Below, one piece after another: positions 18,898 to 29,110 of a DNA stretch of 64,000 nucleotides. Origin of the DNA: a bacterium (GTDB lineage Bacteria > Patescibacteriota > Saccharimonadia > Saccharimonadales > JAUPVS01); contig JAKOXV010000018.1 of NCBI GenBank assembly GCA_029780855.1, positions 118,104 through 182,103 on the forward strand. Direction: 5' to 3'. Each line of letters starts with the position of its first letter. The first letter of the stretch is position 1. The translations under genes were made by a program, and so were the position numbers. Below the pieces are notes generated by a model that worked only from the letters and a program-made list of their open reading frames with translations, searched no databases and was not told the origin of the DNA.

Positions 18898-18918
18898 GTG
18901 TAGGTCTTCCTTTTCTGT

Positions 18919-19386
18919 TTACTGATTATTTCCGATAAACTGACGACATTCTGTTTGGCCAGGCGTGCAGGCAAAGTCGTGCATCGTCACGAGTGCTTCG
19001 CCAAGTATTTCCATTTGCTTTTCGTTCAGCTGCTCAAACATCGGTTTGTGGTACGAATTAAGTATCGACATAGCTTCCTCCGTATAGCGCATGCCCTTAG
19101 TGGTCAGTGTGGTGATGTGCTCACGCTTATTGCCTGGGCTGGTGCTTGTTTGTAGCAAGCCTTTGTCATGCAGCAGCTTAATCTGCCGGCTAATGCTCGC
19201 TTCTGTCTGGCTCAAAGCATTGGCAATCTTTTTTTGTTGCACATGAGGATGCCACTGCAGAACCATGAGGATCTTAAACTGCGAAAACCCTATTCCGAGG
19301 CGTTCCTGCAGAACTTGGTCATTTTGGCGGCTTAAGATAAAAGCGAGATGCTGAATCAAAAAGCCGATGTTATTAGTTCTGTTCAT
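18919..19386 (-). CDS. MarR family transcriptional regulator
   Basis: 155 aa. Winged-HTH region FSQFKILMVLQWHP...QKKIANALSQTEASISRQIKLLHDKGLL. Adjacent to the MFS pump. Confidence 0.85.
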   Translation of the reverse strand: MNRTNNIGFLIQHLAFILSRQNDQVLQERLGIGFSQFKILMVLQWHPHVQQKKIANALSQTEASISRQIKLLHDKGLLQTSTSPGNKREHITTLTTKGMRYTEEAMSILNSYHKPMFEQLNEKQMEILGEALVTMHDFACTPGQTECRQFIGNNQ

Positions 19387-19440
19387 AGTAAGGTCCTTCT
19401 ACTAAGCATAATAGTAAACCATACTTAACACGTCAAGTAT

Positions 19441-20268
19441 TTAATTTGAGACAGGGGAGGGAAGCTGTTCGGCAAGTTGCTTCCACTGTTGCAAAGTAAG
19501 CTCCTGCGGCCGCACGGTAGGCTCTAATCCAGCGGCGATAATCATCGCTTCGCAAGCAGGCTTTTCCATGCGTAATCCCCCGGCCAACGAATTAAGTAGT
19601 GTCTTGCGTCGTGCCGCAAAGCCCGCCTTTACCACCCTAAAGAATTGCTTTGTATCCGTATTTTCAAACTGAGGGGAGGATGGCTTTTTTAGCACCAGAA
19701 TCTGAGAATCGACTTTTGGTGGTGGCGTGAACAACCGAGCCGGTACTTCCTCTGCCGTACTGACCTGCCAATAGTACTGGGCAACCACGCTCAATAATGA
19801 CATATCGCCGGGTTTAGCGGCCACCCGCTGCGCTACCTCTTTTTGGACGAGCAGAACAGCCACGGCGGGCGGATTAGAAGTTTCGCTAATTACCCGTATC
19901 AAATGACTTGTGAGGTAATACGGAATATTAGCAACGACTTTGTAGCCAGGCGAAGCGTTGCTCCAGTCATACGTACGGATATCTGCCTGCTGCACGTGAA
20001 ATTGTGTACTGTCGTGCGAACTAAAACGCTTTTGTAAAGGCCTAATTAAAGATTCATCAAATTCCACCGCCCAAACTTCGGCACCGTGATCAAGTAGTTT
20101 CTGGGTTAATGTGCCAGCGCCAGGACCGATCTCTACCACCACATCACCACTGTTAACGTGGGCAGCTGTACACATGGCTTCAAGCGCATCTTCATCAGAA
20201 AGCCAGTGTTGCCCCAGTTGTTTTTTGGTAGGCGGCAGGTAGTCGTTCATTGCTGGGTATTGTACCAC
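19441..20268 (-). CDS. rsmA: 16S rRNA (adenine1518/1519-N6)-dimethyltransferase
   Basis: 275 aa. LGQHWL, SAM motif VVEIGPGAGTLT, and ANIPYY. Confidence 0.9.
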   Translation of the reverse strand: MVQYPAMNDYLPPTKKQLGQHWLSDEDALEAMCTAAHVNSGDVVVEIGPGAGTLTQKLLDHGAEVWAVEFDESLIRPLQKRFSSHDSTQFHVQQADIRTYDWSNASPGYKVVANIPYYLTSHLIRVISETSNPPAVAVLLVQKEVAQRVAAKPGDMSLLSVVAQYYWQVSTAEEVPARLFTPPPKVDSQILVLKKPSSPQFENTDTKQFFRVVKAGFAARRKTLLNSLAGGLRMEKPACEAMIIAAGLEPTVRPQELTLQQWKQLAEQLPSPVSN

Positions 20269-20274
20269 TCTCTC

Positions 20275-21552
20275 CTACCAGTAGTGTCGAGAGAGCCAGA
20301 AGTTATACGCAGCACCCCAACTTCCGTATCGCCCCACCGCATATCCACTACACCACCGGAGTTGGGTTACCGGGTTGCTTTGCCAATCTGCGCCCGCTGA
20401 TGACATTTTTATTGCTGGGGTTGACTGACACAAGCCATAGCCAATACCTGCAGACGTTGAGTAGAGCGGTTCAAAGTATCCCGGGCAGCTGTGCTCGCCT
20501 TGCCATTTGGTTGCACACCAACCAGATTCACGGCTAATAATGTAATCGACGTATGGGTAATCAGATTGAGCAATGCCTGCCGCAGACATGATCGCCGCTT
20601 TATCGCTCGGTACCTTGTACGCTTGTCCACGGGCAATGATTTGCGGCACGGCAGTAAGCGCGATTACTTCCTGTATCTTTGTCCGGCCGATCTCTTGACC
20701 GTTCTGAGTCTGGATCTGATAGGTAACGACTCTCTTACCAGCCACACCCGCCTGGCGTACCGCTGTTGTTCCAAAGGTAAGGTTATTGTCCTCTACGTAC
20801 TGAGTTGGCGCAGGAATGGACTCTTCTGCCGTCACGATCTGCACACCTTTCCGGGTAACAAAAACCTGTGAGTTGGCAGTCAGTGGCGTATCTGCAGACG
20901 GAGTTAGCGTATCATCAGGACTAAGTGCGACTTTCTTTTCCTTCAATAGATCGCCAACTGTTTTCGCTCGCGTCCTCACATTGAGCTGTGTACCATACAG
21001 GTTAAACGCTACGGGTGTAGCGCGGTCTACCACCATTTCATGCCCCACTACCCCATCTTTGATAGCCTGATCAACCGGTACGGTTTTAATGTCATCCTCG
21101 GGATAGACCGAGATGCCCGCTTCACTTGCCACAGTACGTGGTTCTACGGCCGCACTTAGGGTAGCCACCTTATGATTGCCATCAACGATCGTCACCGGCC
21201 TAGCTCGGTAGATATTGATGTGGAAGTTATCATCCAGAATTGGCGTATCGAGAGAAGGCTCAACCACATCTCCGGGATTGATCGGTATGTCGGTGCGGTT
21301 CACAAAATCTTTCACCGTCTGCGCTCGAGTCGGCAGCACTTGCGTTTCTTTGTCGTGATACACAATTACCATACGGGAGTCAGACGGGCGTACCGTCTTA
21401 CTGCCAAGTGCAACAAATGCCACCGCACTAATTATAAAAAGCATCAAAAATGTAACAACCGGTATCACAAACGGATGCTTAGGCAGCCGATTAGTTACCC
21501 GCCGGCCATGCTTGGATAGTTTCTTTTTATAGTGGTGAAGTTTCGATTGCAT
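20275..21552 (-). CDS. DUF348/G5 domain cell-wall protein with C-terminal transglycosylase-like domain (YabE/RpfB-like)
   Basis: 425 aa. TM anchor, repeated DUF348-like modules, G5-like region (VVTYQIQTQNGQEIGR), and C-terminal IISRESGW...YGLCQ...YGSWGAAYNFW. Located upstream of rsmA, as in Firmicutes and Actinobacteria. Confidence 0.75.
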   Translation of the reverse strand: MQSKLHHYKKKLSKHGRRVTNRLPKHPFVIPVVTFLMLFIISAVAFVALGSKTVRPSDSRMVIVYHDKETQVLPTRAQTVKDFVNRTDIPINPGDVVEPSLDTPILDDNFHINIYRARPVTIVDGNHKVATLSAAVEPRTVASEAGISVYPEDDIKTVPVDQAIKDGVVGHEMVVDRATPVAFNLYGTQLNVRTRAKTVGDLLKEKKVALSPDDTLTPSADTPLTANSQVFVTRKGVQIVTAEESIPAPTQYVEDNNLTFGTTAVRQAGVAGKRVVTYQIQTQNGQEIGRTKIQEVIALTAVPQIIARGQAYKVPSDKAAIMSAAGIAQSDYPYVDYIISRESGWCATKWQGEHSCPGYFEPLYSTSAGIGYGLCQSTPAIKMSSAGADWQSNPVTQLRWCSGYAVGRYGSWGAAYNFWLSRHYW

Positions 21553-21614
21553 ACATGTGCACCCTTGAGAGCTATACGTTTAAAAACAAAAATAACTCCC
21601 GCTGGGACTACCTA

Positions 21615-22091
21615 CTAGTGTACTAAATTCTCTGATGTGCGCCAATATTGGAGCGTCTCCCAGACGTCTTGGTCCACCATGTTTTCCGTTATCGACGCTA
21701 CGGGGATCCAAGCTATGGCAGTTATTTCTCGGCGTTGCTTACGCACTGAAGGACGCGTAGCAAGCACTACAACAAAACTGACATATGAATAACCAAGACC
21801 GTGCTGCGAATGCTTCCCCTGCCTTAACAGTTTGAGTTGATCGGGCCGCAAGCGAATACCGGTTTCCTCGGCAACTTCACGTACCGCACCAACACCTGCA
21901 GTCTCACCGCGATGCAATCCGCCACCCGGCAAACTCCACTTCCCCGCACCTAGCCAGGACTTGACCAGTAGCAACGAATCATCATGGATAATCAGTACGC
22001 GGCTCCGGTGAGAAAACTTGAGATAGACATACAATCCTGGCCACGTCACCCAGAACGCCATGACACCCAACGCCTGCCATACCCGCATCAT
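21615..22091 (-). CDS. NUDIX hydrolase
   Basis: 158 aa. Nudix box GGGLHRGETAGVGAVREVAEETGI. Confidence 0.9.
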   Translation of the reverse strand: MMRVWQALGVMAFWVTWPGLYVYLKFSHRSRVLIIHDDSLLLVKSWLGAGKWSLPGGGLHRGETAGVGAVREVAEETGIRLRPDQLKLLRQGKHSQHGLGYSYVSFVVVLATRPSVRKQRREITAIAWIPVASITENMVDQDVWETLQYWRTSENLVH

Positions 22092-24310
22092 TCGAGTTTC
22101 TCCAGAGGTGCAAAGGCAATATTAAGCTTTTTTGTCCCTTTACCTTTGAAGTATATGGTGGCGTTATCTCCGTCTAGTTCTAGTACCGTCCCTACACCAA
22201 ACAGTGAATGTTTTACGGCATCCCCTTCGGCAATATCGGGAACGTAGCGCGGTTCATCACGTACCTGCGGTGGCATGGCTGGCTGGTCTGGTTCACGACT
22301 AAAGTCATACGACACCCTCGGTGCTTGGCCTCCAGAAAATCCGTTCGTTACCGTTTCGGCATCTATCTCGCTTAAGAACCGGCTCGGCGGGTTGTGCTGC
22401 ACACCCCCGTAGAGCATTCTTCCGCTGGCATACGTTAGAAACAGCTCCTGCTTGGCCCGAGTCATTCCCACGTAACATAACCGCCTTTCCTCCTCCATTT
22501 CTGATTGGTCATAAAGTGCTCGTGAATGGGGGAAAATCGTTTCTTCCATACCGATCATAAATACCACCGGAAACTCCAGACCTTTTGCGGCATGCAACGT
22601 CATAAGGGTGACCGATTCCCCACCTTGGTCCCAAGAATCAATATCACTAATGAGGGCCACTTCTTCCAAAAAGGTACTGAGCCCCATTTCTTGATAACTT
22701 TGCGCTACACTTATAAGTTCGCGTACGTTCTCCTGGCGAGACTCTCCTTGGGGCGTTCCGTCATCTAAGTAGCTCATGTACTCGATCCGGCGGATAAGAG
22801 AGTCGAGCAAACCCGTAAGCGCCGTGTCCTCCATGATGTCACGCAAACTCACAATCATATCACCCAGTTCTTTAAAAGCAGCTTTAGCTTTTGGGGTTAG
22901 ATCGGGACATTCGCCCGCACCAACCAGCGCCTGCTCCAGGTTCAGTCCGCTCGTGTACTGCCAGCTAAAGAAGTTTTGGAGCGACTTGGCGCCTATTCCA
23001 CGGGCCGGCACATTTACGATACGCTCAAAGCTTACCCGGTCTTCCGGCTGATACAGTAACCGCAAGTACGCTAAGATATCCTTGATTTCCTTACGGTCAT
23101 AAAACCGTTGGCCACCGACTATTCGGTACGGAATACCGTAATGGATTAACGATTCTTCTATGGCACGGCTCTGAGCATTGGTACGGTACAAGATAGCAAA
23201 ATCACGGTAAGTCCGCACCCGCAGGTCTACGGCCGTGCGGATTCTTCGGATGATTGCTTCGCCTTCTGACCGTTCACTGCCGACCGGCAGTATCTGCACG
23301 GGTGCACCATCACCTGCATCAGTCCATAGTTTTTTTGTAGACCGTTGCTGGTTCTTTGTAATCACGGCGTGTGCGGCATCCAGAATCCGCTTGGTGCTCC
23401 GGTAGTTTTGTTCCAGCTTGATGACGGTACATTTAGGATAGTCTTTCTCAAAGTTTAGGATATTTCTGAAATCCGCTCCTCGCCATGAATAGATACTCTG
23501 CCAATCATCCCCTACCACCGCAATATTTTTATGTTCGGCCGTTAGTAACTTCACCAGCTTATACTGGGCAGCATTGGTATCCTGATACTCATCAATCATG
23601 ATGTACTTGAATTGCTTCTGCCACTTTGTGCGCACTTCTGCGTTGGTCTCTAGCATTGTTACCGTTCGCCCAATAAGGTCGTCAAAATCAAGCGCTTTGG
23701 CATCACGCAGGGCCCGTTGGTACAGCGGAAATACCTGAGCGGCTGCAGCCTGGGCCGGAGAGTTAGCCTTCCCAGCATACTCCTCAGGAGTGATAAGCTC
23801 GTTCTTGGCACTACTTATGAGACCGGATAGTACCCGTGGCGGAAAGCTTTTTTCGTCAATATGCAGCTGCTTACTCGCCTGCTTTACGGCAGACTGACGG
23901 TCAGATTCATCAAAAATAACGAAGTTGCGGGGTATGCCCAAATGCTCCCCGTCTTGCCTGAGAATCCGGACGCAAATACTGTGAAACGTTCCCATGTAGG
24001 GCATGAACGATCTGTTATCGGGGTGCTCCCCAAGCAGTACCGCAACGCGCTCACGCATTTCACCTGCAGCCTTGTTTGTGAACGTTACCGCCAATATATT
24101 GTACGGCGTCGCTCGTTTGGTGCTGATCATGTAGGCAATCCGGTGCGTTAGGGTTTTTGTCTTACCAGAACCAGCACCAGCCAAGATGAGTAGCGGTCCT
24201 TCAGTAACTTCGACTGCTCGCTGCTGCTCAGCATTCAAGCCATGGAATAAAGTAGCCGGATCAACAGTTGGAGTTTCGTCCGCCCACGGGTCAATAATCG
24301 CGTGTGACAT
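22088..24310 (-). CDS. pcrA: ATP-dependent DNA helicase PcrA/UvrD (SF1)
   Basis: 740 aa. Walker A AGAGSGKT, motif II DEYQDT, TLHAAKGLEF, and a C-terminal Tudor-like tail. Confidence 0.95.
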   Translation of the reverse strand: MSHAIIDPWADETPTVDPATLFHGLNAEQQRAVEVTEGPLLILAGAGSGKTKTLTHRIAYMISTKRATPYNILAVTFTNKAAGEMRERVAVLLGEHPDNRSFMPYMGTFHSICVRILRQDGEHLGIPRNFVIFDESDRQSAVKQASKQLHIDEKSFPPRVLSGLISSAKNELITPEEYAGKANSPAQAAAAQVFPLYQRALRDAKALDFDDLIGRTVTMLETNAEVRTKWQKQFKYIMIDEYQDTNAAQYKLVKLLTAEHKNIAVVGDDWQSIYSWRGADFRNILNFEKDYPKCTVIKLEQNYRSTKRILDAAHAVITKNQQRSTKKLWTDAGDGAPVQILPVGSERSEGEAIIRRIRTAVDLRVRTYRDFAILYRTNAQSRAIEESLIHYGIPYRIVGGQRFYDRKEIKDILAYLRLLYQPEDRVSFERIVNVPARGIGAKSLQNFFSWQYTSGLNLEQALVGAGECPDLTPKAKAAFKELGDMIVSLRDIMEDTALTGLLDSLIRRIEYMSYLDDGTPQGESRQENVRELISVAQSYQEMGLSTFLEEVALISDIDSWDQGGESVTLMTLHAAKGLEFPVVFMIGMEETIFPHSRALYDQSEMEEERRLCYVGMTRAKQELFLTYASGRMLYGGVQHNPPSRFLSEIDAETVTNGFSGGQAPRVSYDFSREPDQPAMPPQVRDEPRYVPDIAEGDAVKHSLFGVGTVLELDGDNATIYFKGKGTKKLNIAFAPLEKLE

Positions 24311-24339
24311 ATCCTTTTATTTTATCAAAATAGATATGT

Positions 24340-25038
24340 TTAATTAGGTATCAAATCTACAACGGGCTTGAATGACGTTTTGATAATGCCGGCGTCCACA
24401 AGCAGGTCTACCGCAACAACCGCAAGAATGAGCAATACTATCAGTATGACAACGGCTTTCTTCGCTGATCGTTTCCGGCGTGATCCAATGGGCACAAAAT
24501 ACTTTCTCTCTTCAACTAGGTGTTGGATCTTGGCTTCATCAGCTGCCTTTTTTTCTTCAGCAGCCTTCTTCTTTGCCTGGTCAACTGCCTGCAGATCACT
24601 GTTTCCCTGCTCTTCCGGTAGTTTTTCACCTATGTCTGGCTCAGCTTTTTCTTCGACCTCTGATTCTGTCGGCTGTGGTACTTCAGCTGGCTTTTCAACC
24701 GTAGGACCGGGTGCCGGTTCGGCAGCTTGTTTTTCTGTTTCAGTTGCTTCACTCGGAGCGTCAGCATCTGGTTTTTTCTGAACTGGTTCATCAGCAGATT
24801 TTACGGCCACCTTTTGGGATGATGCTTGCTCGGCTTTCGCTTCTTTGGGCGGTTCTATCATGATACCCCGTGAAGATACCGGCGGTGCCGATTTAGCAAC
24901 CTCATCTCGGTCAGTCGATTTAGCCATCATCGGATCCTGAGCAATCGATTTATGGGTGATGATTATTGGACGAGCGTTTTCTGACGGTGCTGATTTTCCT
25001 GGTTTTGCAACGTCGAATACTTTTTTGTTTTCTGCCAT
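24340..25038 (-). CDS. hypothetical E/K/P/A-rich protein with C-terminal TM anchor
   Basis: 232-aa low-complexity acidic protein. C-terminal helix AVVILIVLLILAVVAVDLLV. Confidence 0.55.
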   Translation of the reverse strand: MAENKKVFDVAKPGKSAPSENARPIIITHKSIAQDPMMAKSTDRDEVAKSAPPVSSRGIMIEPPKEAKAEQASSQKVAVKSADEPVQKKPDADAPSEATETEKQAAEPAPGPTVEKPAEVPQPTESEVEEKAEPDIGEKLPEEQGNSDLQAVDQAKKKAAEEKKAADEAKIQHLVEERKYFVPIGSRRKRSAKKAVVILIVLLILAVVAVDLLVDAGIIKTSFKPVVDLIPN

Positions 25039-25048
25039 CGTCTAAACC

Positions 25049-25834
25049 TCATGCTTCCTTTTCTCGCTGCAAGCTGTATGCAGCGTCAACAATTCCTGAA
25101 AACTTATGATAGTTAATGCTCGCTCCGCCAACCAGAACCCCATCGCAGTCTTCTATTTCTAAGTAGCCTCTGACGATTTGATCATCAACACTCCCACCAT
25201 AGAGTACCCGAACTCGCTTGGCGGCTTTTTCTCCAAATAATCGACGAACTTGATCACGAATAAACTTCATTTCCTTCTCTGCTTCATCTGGCTTGGCTAA
25301 GATTCCACCGAATGTACTAATCGCCCAGACCGGTTCGTAGGCTATACAAATATTCTCTACTTCTTTGGCCGTCAAATTGTGTAGAGCGGTGGCAATCTGA
25401 TCATGGAGGACCTGCCGAGTCTCCCCCTGGCGACGCTCTGTTTGGGTTTCCCCGACGCACAAGATTGGAGTAATTTCGTTACGCACACAAGCTGCAACTT
25501 TGTCACGAATCATGCTGTGATCTTCGCCAAAGTATATCCTGCGCTCTGAATGACCGATTATGGCATAGTGCACAAGGTCCCGAAGCATAGTGAACGATAC
25601 TTCTCCGGTATACGCGCCGTCATCTTTATGGAATGCATTTTGTGATGCTAATCGAAACTTTCGGCGGTCAATCTGCAAAGATAGCGGTTGCAGCACTAGC
25701 ATACTGGGTGCAAGCACCACTTCTATGTCTCGTGAAATCCGAATCCGCTCTTGAAGGCGATGTAAAAGCAGACTTGCCTGACTCGTATTGAGGTGCATCT
25801 TCCAGTTACCGACGATGAGTGTACGTTTTGTCAT
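25049..25834 (-). CDS. tpiA: triosephosphate isomerase
   Basis: 261 aa. VGNWKMH, IGHSERR, AYEPVWAI and YGGSV motifs. Confidence 0.95.
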   Translation of the reverse strand: MTKRTLIVGNWKMHLNTSQASLLLHRLQERIRISRDIEVVLAPSMLVLQPLSLQIDRRKFRLASQNAFHKDDGAYTGEVSFTMLRDLVHYAIIGHSERRIYFGEDHSMIRDKVAACVRNEITPILCVGETQTERRQGETRQVLHDQIATALHNLTAKEVENICIAYEPVWAISTFGGILAKPDEAEKEMKFIRDQVRRLFGEKAAKRVRVLYGGSVDDQIVRGYLEIEDCDGVLVGGASINYHKFSGIVDAAYSLQREKEA

Positions 25835-25839
25835 AATGG

Positions 25840-27165
25840 TTACGCTTTACTAGATTGTACCTTATTTTTTGATAATAAGCTTTCTACCCCCGGTAGTTTT
25901 TTGCCACTCATCAACTCCAAACTGGCACCACCACCGGTAGAAACATGATCAAAACAGGAAACCAGCCGCCGTTCTTCTATATACCCGGCCGTATCCCCGC
26001 CTCCTATCAAACTGTACGGCCGGTGACCATATTGGCCGAGTAAGGCTTCTATAACTAGTTCTGTGCCGTGTGCAAACGGCCCTACCGGACCAAGCCCGTT
26101 GATTGCCGGAGTTTCAGTAACTCCCATAGTGCCGTTCCATATGACAGTCTGGGCCAGCTGGATCGAACCAGCGATGAATGCGCCTGAAAATGGCCCGATA
26201 TCAAGTATCATTTCATCGTGCGCAATTTTACTATCTTCATGGGGCGGCCTTTTAGGGTAATTTTCTATATCTGCAAAGGTCAGCGTTCCCCAATCTACTA
26301 CACGGGTTCTACTATGACTGTTAATCTGCTTTGCAACGACCGCATCTTGTGGAATATAGAAGATAAAGTGCTCGTTTTTAGCCTTCTCTTTGGCTTTTTC
26401 TATTATGTCTTTGGCTAGTGGTACATCCTCTGGTTCGGTCAAGCTCTTCCCTGTGTCTAGTCCTTGCGCCAACAAAAAGGTGTTTGCCATCGCTCCACCA
26501 ACTACGACGATATCTGCAAGGTCAATGAAGCGATTTAATATCTCAATCTTATCGGCGATCTTTGCCCCGCCCACGATAGCCATCATCGGCCGTTCTGGCT
26601 TTTGGATAGCATCAGTAATCGTGTCTACCTCTTTTTCTAGCAACAATCCGGCAACACTCGGCAAGTACTTTGTTACAGCTTCGGTAGAAGCGTGAGCCCT
26701 ATGCACAACCCCAAATCCGTCCTGGACAAAAACATCTGCTAAGTTAGCCAAGGCTTTTGCAAATGAGTCCTCATTCTTTTCTTCTTCAGGATGGTAACGG
26801 AGATTTTCCAGGAGCAACACTTCTCCTGGTTTAAGCTGTTTTGCCGCCGCTTCTGCTTCTGGTCCCACGCAATCAGCCGCAAATAGCACTTTTTTATCCA
26901 GCAACTTTTGTAATCGTTTGGCAACCGGAGCCAAGCTACAGTGCGTATCATGTGGTCCGGTTGGACGACCCAGGTGCGAACATATAATCACCTTAGCCCC
27001 TTTGCTAAGCAAGTACTCAACCGTAGGCAGAGATTTTTTGATTCGGTAATCATCCGCTATTTCACCGTTAGCTTTCAGTGGGATGTTGTAATCAGCGCGT
27101 AGTAATACACGTTTGCCTTTGAGTGATATGTCTTTTATTGTTTGTTTTGAGAAACTCATTCCCAC
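25840..27165 (-). CDS. pgk: phosphoglycerate kinase
   Basis: 441 aa. RADYNIP N-terminal signature, GGAKIADKI and GGGDTA motifs. Confidence 0.95.
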   Translation of the reverse strand: MGMSFSKQTIKDISLKGKRVLLRADYNIPLKANGEIADDYRIKKSLPTVEYLLSKGAKVIICSHLGRPTGPHDTHCSLAPVAKRLQKLLDKKVLFAADCVGPEAEAAAKQLKPGEVLLLENLRYHPEEEKNEDSFAKALANLADVFVQDGFGVVHRAHASTEAVTKYLPSVAGLLLEKEVDTITDAIQKPERPMMAIVGGAKIADKIEILNRFIDLADIVVVGGAMANTFLLAQGLDTGKSLTEPEDVPLAKDIIEKAKEKAKNEHFIFYIPQDAVVAKQINSHSRTRVVDWGTLTFADIENYPKRPPHEDSKIAHDEMILDIGPFSGAFIAGSIQLAQTVIWNGTMGVTETPAINGLGPVGPFAHGTELVIEALLGQYGHRPYSLIGGGDTAGYIEERRLVSCFDHVSTGGGASLELMSGKKLPGVESLLSKNKVQSSKA

Positions 27166-27185
27166 CCTTATTGCTTATGAGTTCA

Positions 27186-28616
27186 TTATAGCACTCTAAC
27201 TTTTATGGTGTCGGTAGCACCTACCACGCCTTTGTATTGGCCCGATGCGGTGACAACAATATCGCCTTTCTTGAGCACTTTTTCCTGTTGCAGCCAATTG
27301 GTTAGCTTGGTAGCGGCAAGTTTATGGACGGGTCGAACATAGCTCTTCGTTCCGTAGACCAGCGCCAATTGGCGAGCAACCTGAAGCGATGGTGTAACAG
27401 CGATAAGCGGAATTCTGGAGCGCCTTGAAGCGATTAGTTGCGCGGTCGCTCCGGACTGTGTTTCAGCGACGATAGCCCGTGCCTTGACGTCGGCTGCTAA
27501 GGTAATTACCGCATCACAGACCGAAGCCTGGCGTGATTTATCTGGCTTACCTGGGAAGGTAACAGACAGCGGATTATTCCGTTCTGTATAAAGGATAACT
27601 CGCTTCATAACCTTCACGGCTTCCTGTGGGTACTGCCCAGCCGCCGTTTCGTCACTCAACATCACACAGTCAGCACCGAGTACGACAGCCGTAGCAACGT
27701 CAGAAACCTCTGCTCTGGTTGGTTCGGGCATTTCCGTCATACTAGCGAGCATCTGCGTTGCCACGATAGTGGGCCGGTTGCGTTGTAAACCTAGCCCGAT
27801 GATTCGGCGCTGAACCACTGGCACCGATTCCGGCAATGTCTCTATTGCCAGGTCACCACGCGCCACCATAACGGCGTCGGTGGCGTCAATTATGCTTTCT
27901 AGGTTATCAACCGCAGCTTTTGTTTCAATCTTGGCGATAATCTTTGCGCTGCTCCCTAATGCTTTCAGGCGATGACGAAGCACCTCAATATCTTCAGCGG
28001 TTTGCACAAAACTGAGAGCCACGTAATCTATTTCTTGGGTTGAACCAAAGGCGATATCTTCCTTATCTTTTTTGGTAATAATATCACCGGCAAAGTCGGT
28101 GTCCGGTAGGTTGATGCCCTTTCGCTTGATCAAAATACCATCATTCTCGGCGCGTACATGCACTACGCCGTCCGTAACACTAGTAATAGTAGTGCGGACT
28201 TTTCCATCATACAGATACAACCGTTCACCTCGTTTAACTTTTTTGGCAAGGTCATACTGAGTAGGAATAATGCCGGATCGTTCGTAATCGCTTTTGTAGC
28301 CAAATTGCAGGCTTTGCCCTTCAAGCACATTGATGATGCCTTCAAAGTCACCCAATCGGATCTTTGGTCCCTGTAAATCCTGAATTATAGCGACCGGCTT
28401 ACCGTATTCTTTACTAGCCTTGCGGATCCACTTTATACGGCGCCCGTGCTCCTCATGATCTCCATGACTAAAATTGAGCCGTAAACCATTTGCACCTGAT
28501 TTTATCAGATTCAGTACAGCCTCATAGCTATCCGTTGAAGGTCCAATGGTTGCTACTATTTTTGTTCGTTTAAAATTAGTCAGTGGCACCTTTGGCGCCA
28601 TGTGAGTTGAATCCAT
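27186..28616 (-). CDS. pyk: pyruvate kinase
   Basis: 476 aa. KIVATIGPS, NFSHG, IAKIET and MVARGDL motifs. Confidence 0.95.
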   Translation of the reverse strand: MDSTHMAPKVPLTNFKRTKIVATIGPSTDSYEAVLNLIKSGANGLRLNFSHGDHEEHGRRIKWIRKASKEYGKPVAIIQDLQGPKIRLGDFEGIINVLEGQSLQFGYKSDYERSGIIPTQYDLAKKVKRGERLYLYDGKVRTTITSVTDGVVHVRAENDGILIKRKGINLPDTDFAGDIITKKDKEDIAFGSTQEIDYVALSFVQTAEDIEVLRHRLKALGSSAKIIAKIETKAAVDNLESIIDATDAVMVARGDLAIETLPESVPVVQRRIIGLGLQRNRPTIVATQMLASMTEMPEPTRAEVSDVATAVVLGADCVMLSDETAAGQYPQEAVKVMKRVILYTERNNPLSVTFPGKPDKSRQASVCDAVITLAADVKARAIVAETQSGATAQLIASRRSRIPLIAVTPSLQVARQLALVYGTKSYVRPVHKLAATKLTNWLQQEKVLKKGDIVVTASGQYKGVVGATDTIKVRVL

Positions 28617-28643
28617 TTCTTATATTTTACTCGCTTATGTTTA

Positions 28644-28660
28644 TGACCTCAAGGGGAATC
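28644..28660 (-). repeat. 17-bp direct repeat of the tRNA-Glu 3' end (second copy at 28879-28895)
   Basis: Exact duplicate TGACCTCAAGGGGAATC on the plus strand. This is the minus-strand GATTCCCCTTGAGGTCA, running from the T-loop through the acceptor and discriminator base. Confidence 0.9.
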
Positions 28661-28841
28661 TGTTTTGCTTCACTCTGGGGAATCGCCAGGTTGCCGAAAC
28701 AAAACGTAGTTTAAGTACCGCAAGGGGAAGACAACATTTCGTCGCTTTTCCGAAGTGAACTTCTTCGAGAGGTCGCCAGGCACGAACCCCCGTTCACTTA
28801 CGCTCACCACCTGGGGTTCGGTTCCGCGCGGGATACACACA

Positions 28842-28868
28842 AGAAAAAAAGGCCACAACCGTGACCTT
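28842..28868 (-). terminator. rho-independent terminator after tRNA-Glu
   Basis: On the minus strand, GGTCAC-GGTT-GTGGCC (with one G:U pair) is followed by TTTTTTTCTT. Confidence 0.65.
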
Positions 28869-28875
28869 CTTTTCT

Positions 28876-28950
28876 TGGTGACCTCAAGGGGAATCGAACC
28901 CCTATTGCCGGGATGAAAACCCGGTGTCCTAACCGTTAGACGATGAGGCC
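28876..28950 (-). tRNA. tRNA-Glu (anticodon UUC), CCA encoded
   Basis: Manual cloverleaf: GGCCTCA TC GTCT AACGGTTA GGAC A CCGGG TTTTCAT CCCGG CAAT AGGGG TTCGATT CCCCT TGAGGTC A CCA. Confidence 0.9.
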
Positions 28951-29110
28951 AAATTTCGAGCGAAGCGGGCGAAAGTGTTTACATTTTCGCATATTTCCGA
29001 GAAATTTGGGGCTCATATGTTTACTGTAGGTAATACATATGAGGCATGTGAACGCGGTTAAAATACGCCCTTCCAAGACCAAAAAATCATATCACAACAG
29101 AGGCCAAATG

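Noticed and set aside
28670-28858. 62-aa minus-strand ORF upstream of pyk
   Set aside because: It lies within the hairpin-rich insert between the tRNA-Glu repeats and has no SD.
28661-28875. Possibility that the pyk-leader insert is SRP RNA, a T-box or a pseudo-tRNA
   Set aside because: I could not find the SRP helix-8 GGAA/AGCAGCC motif. The T-box consensus (GGGUGGNACCGCG) is not convincingly present, and pyk is not a T-box target. T-arm-like GGGGTTCG alone is insufficient. A covariance-model search is needed.
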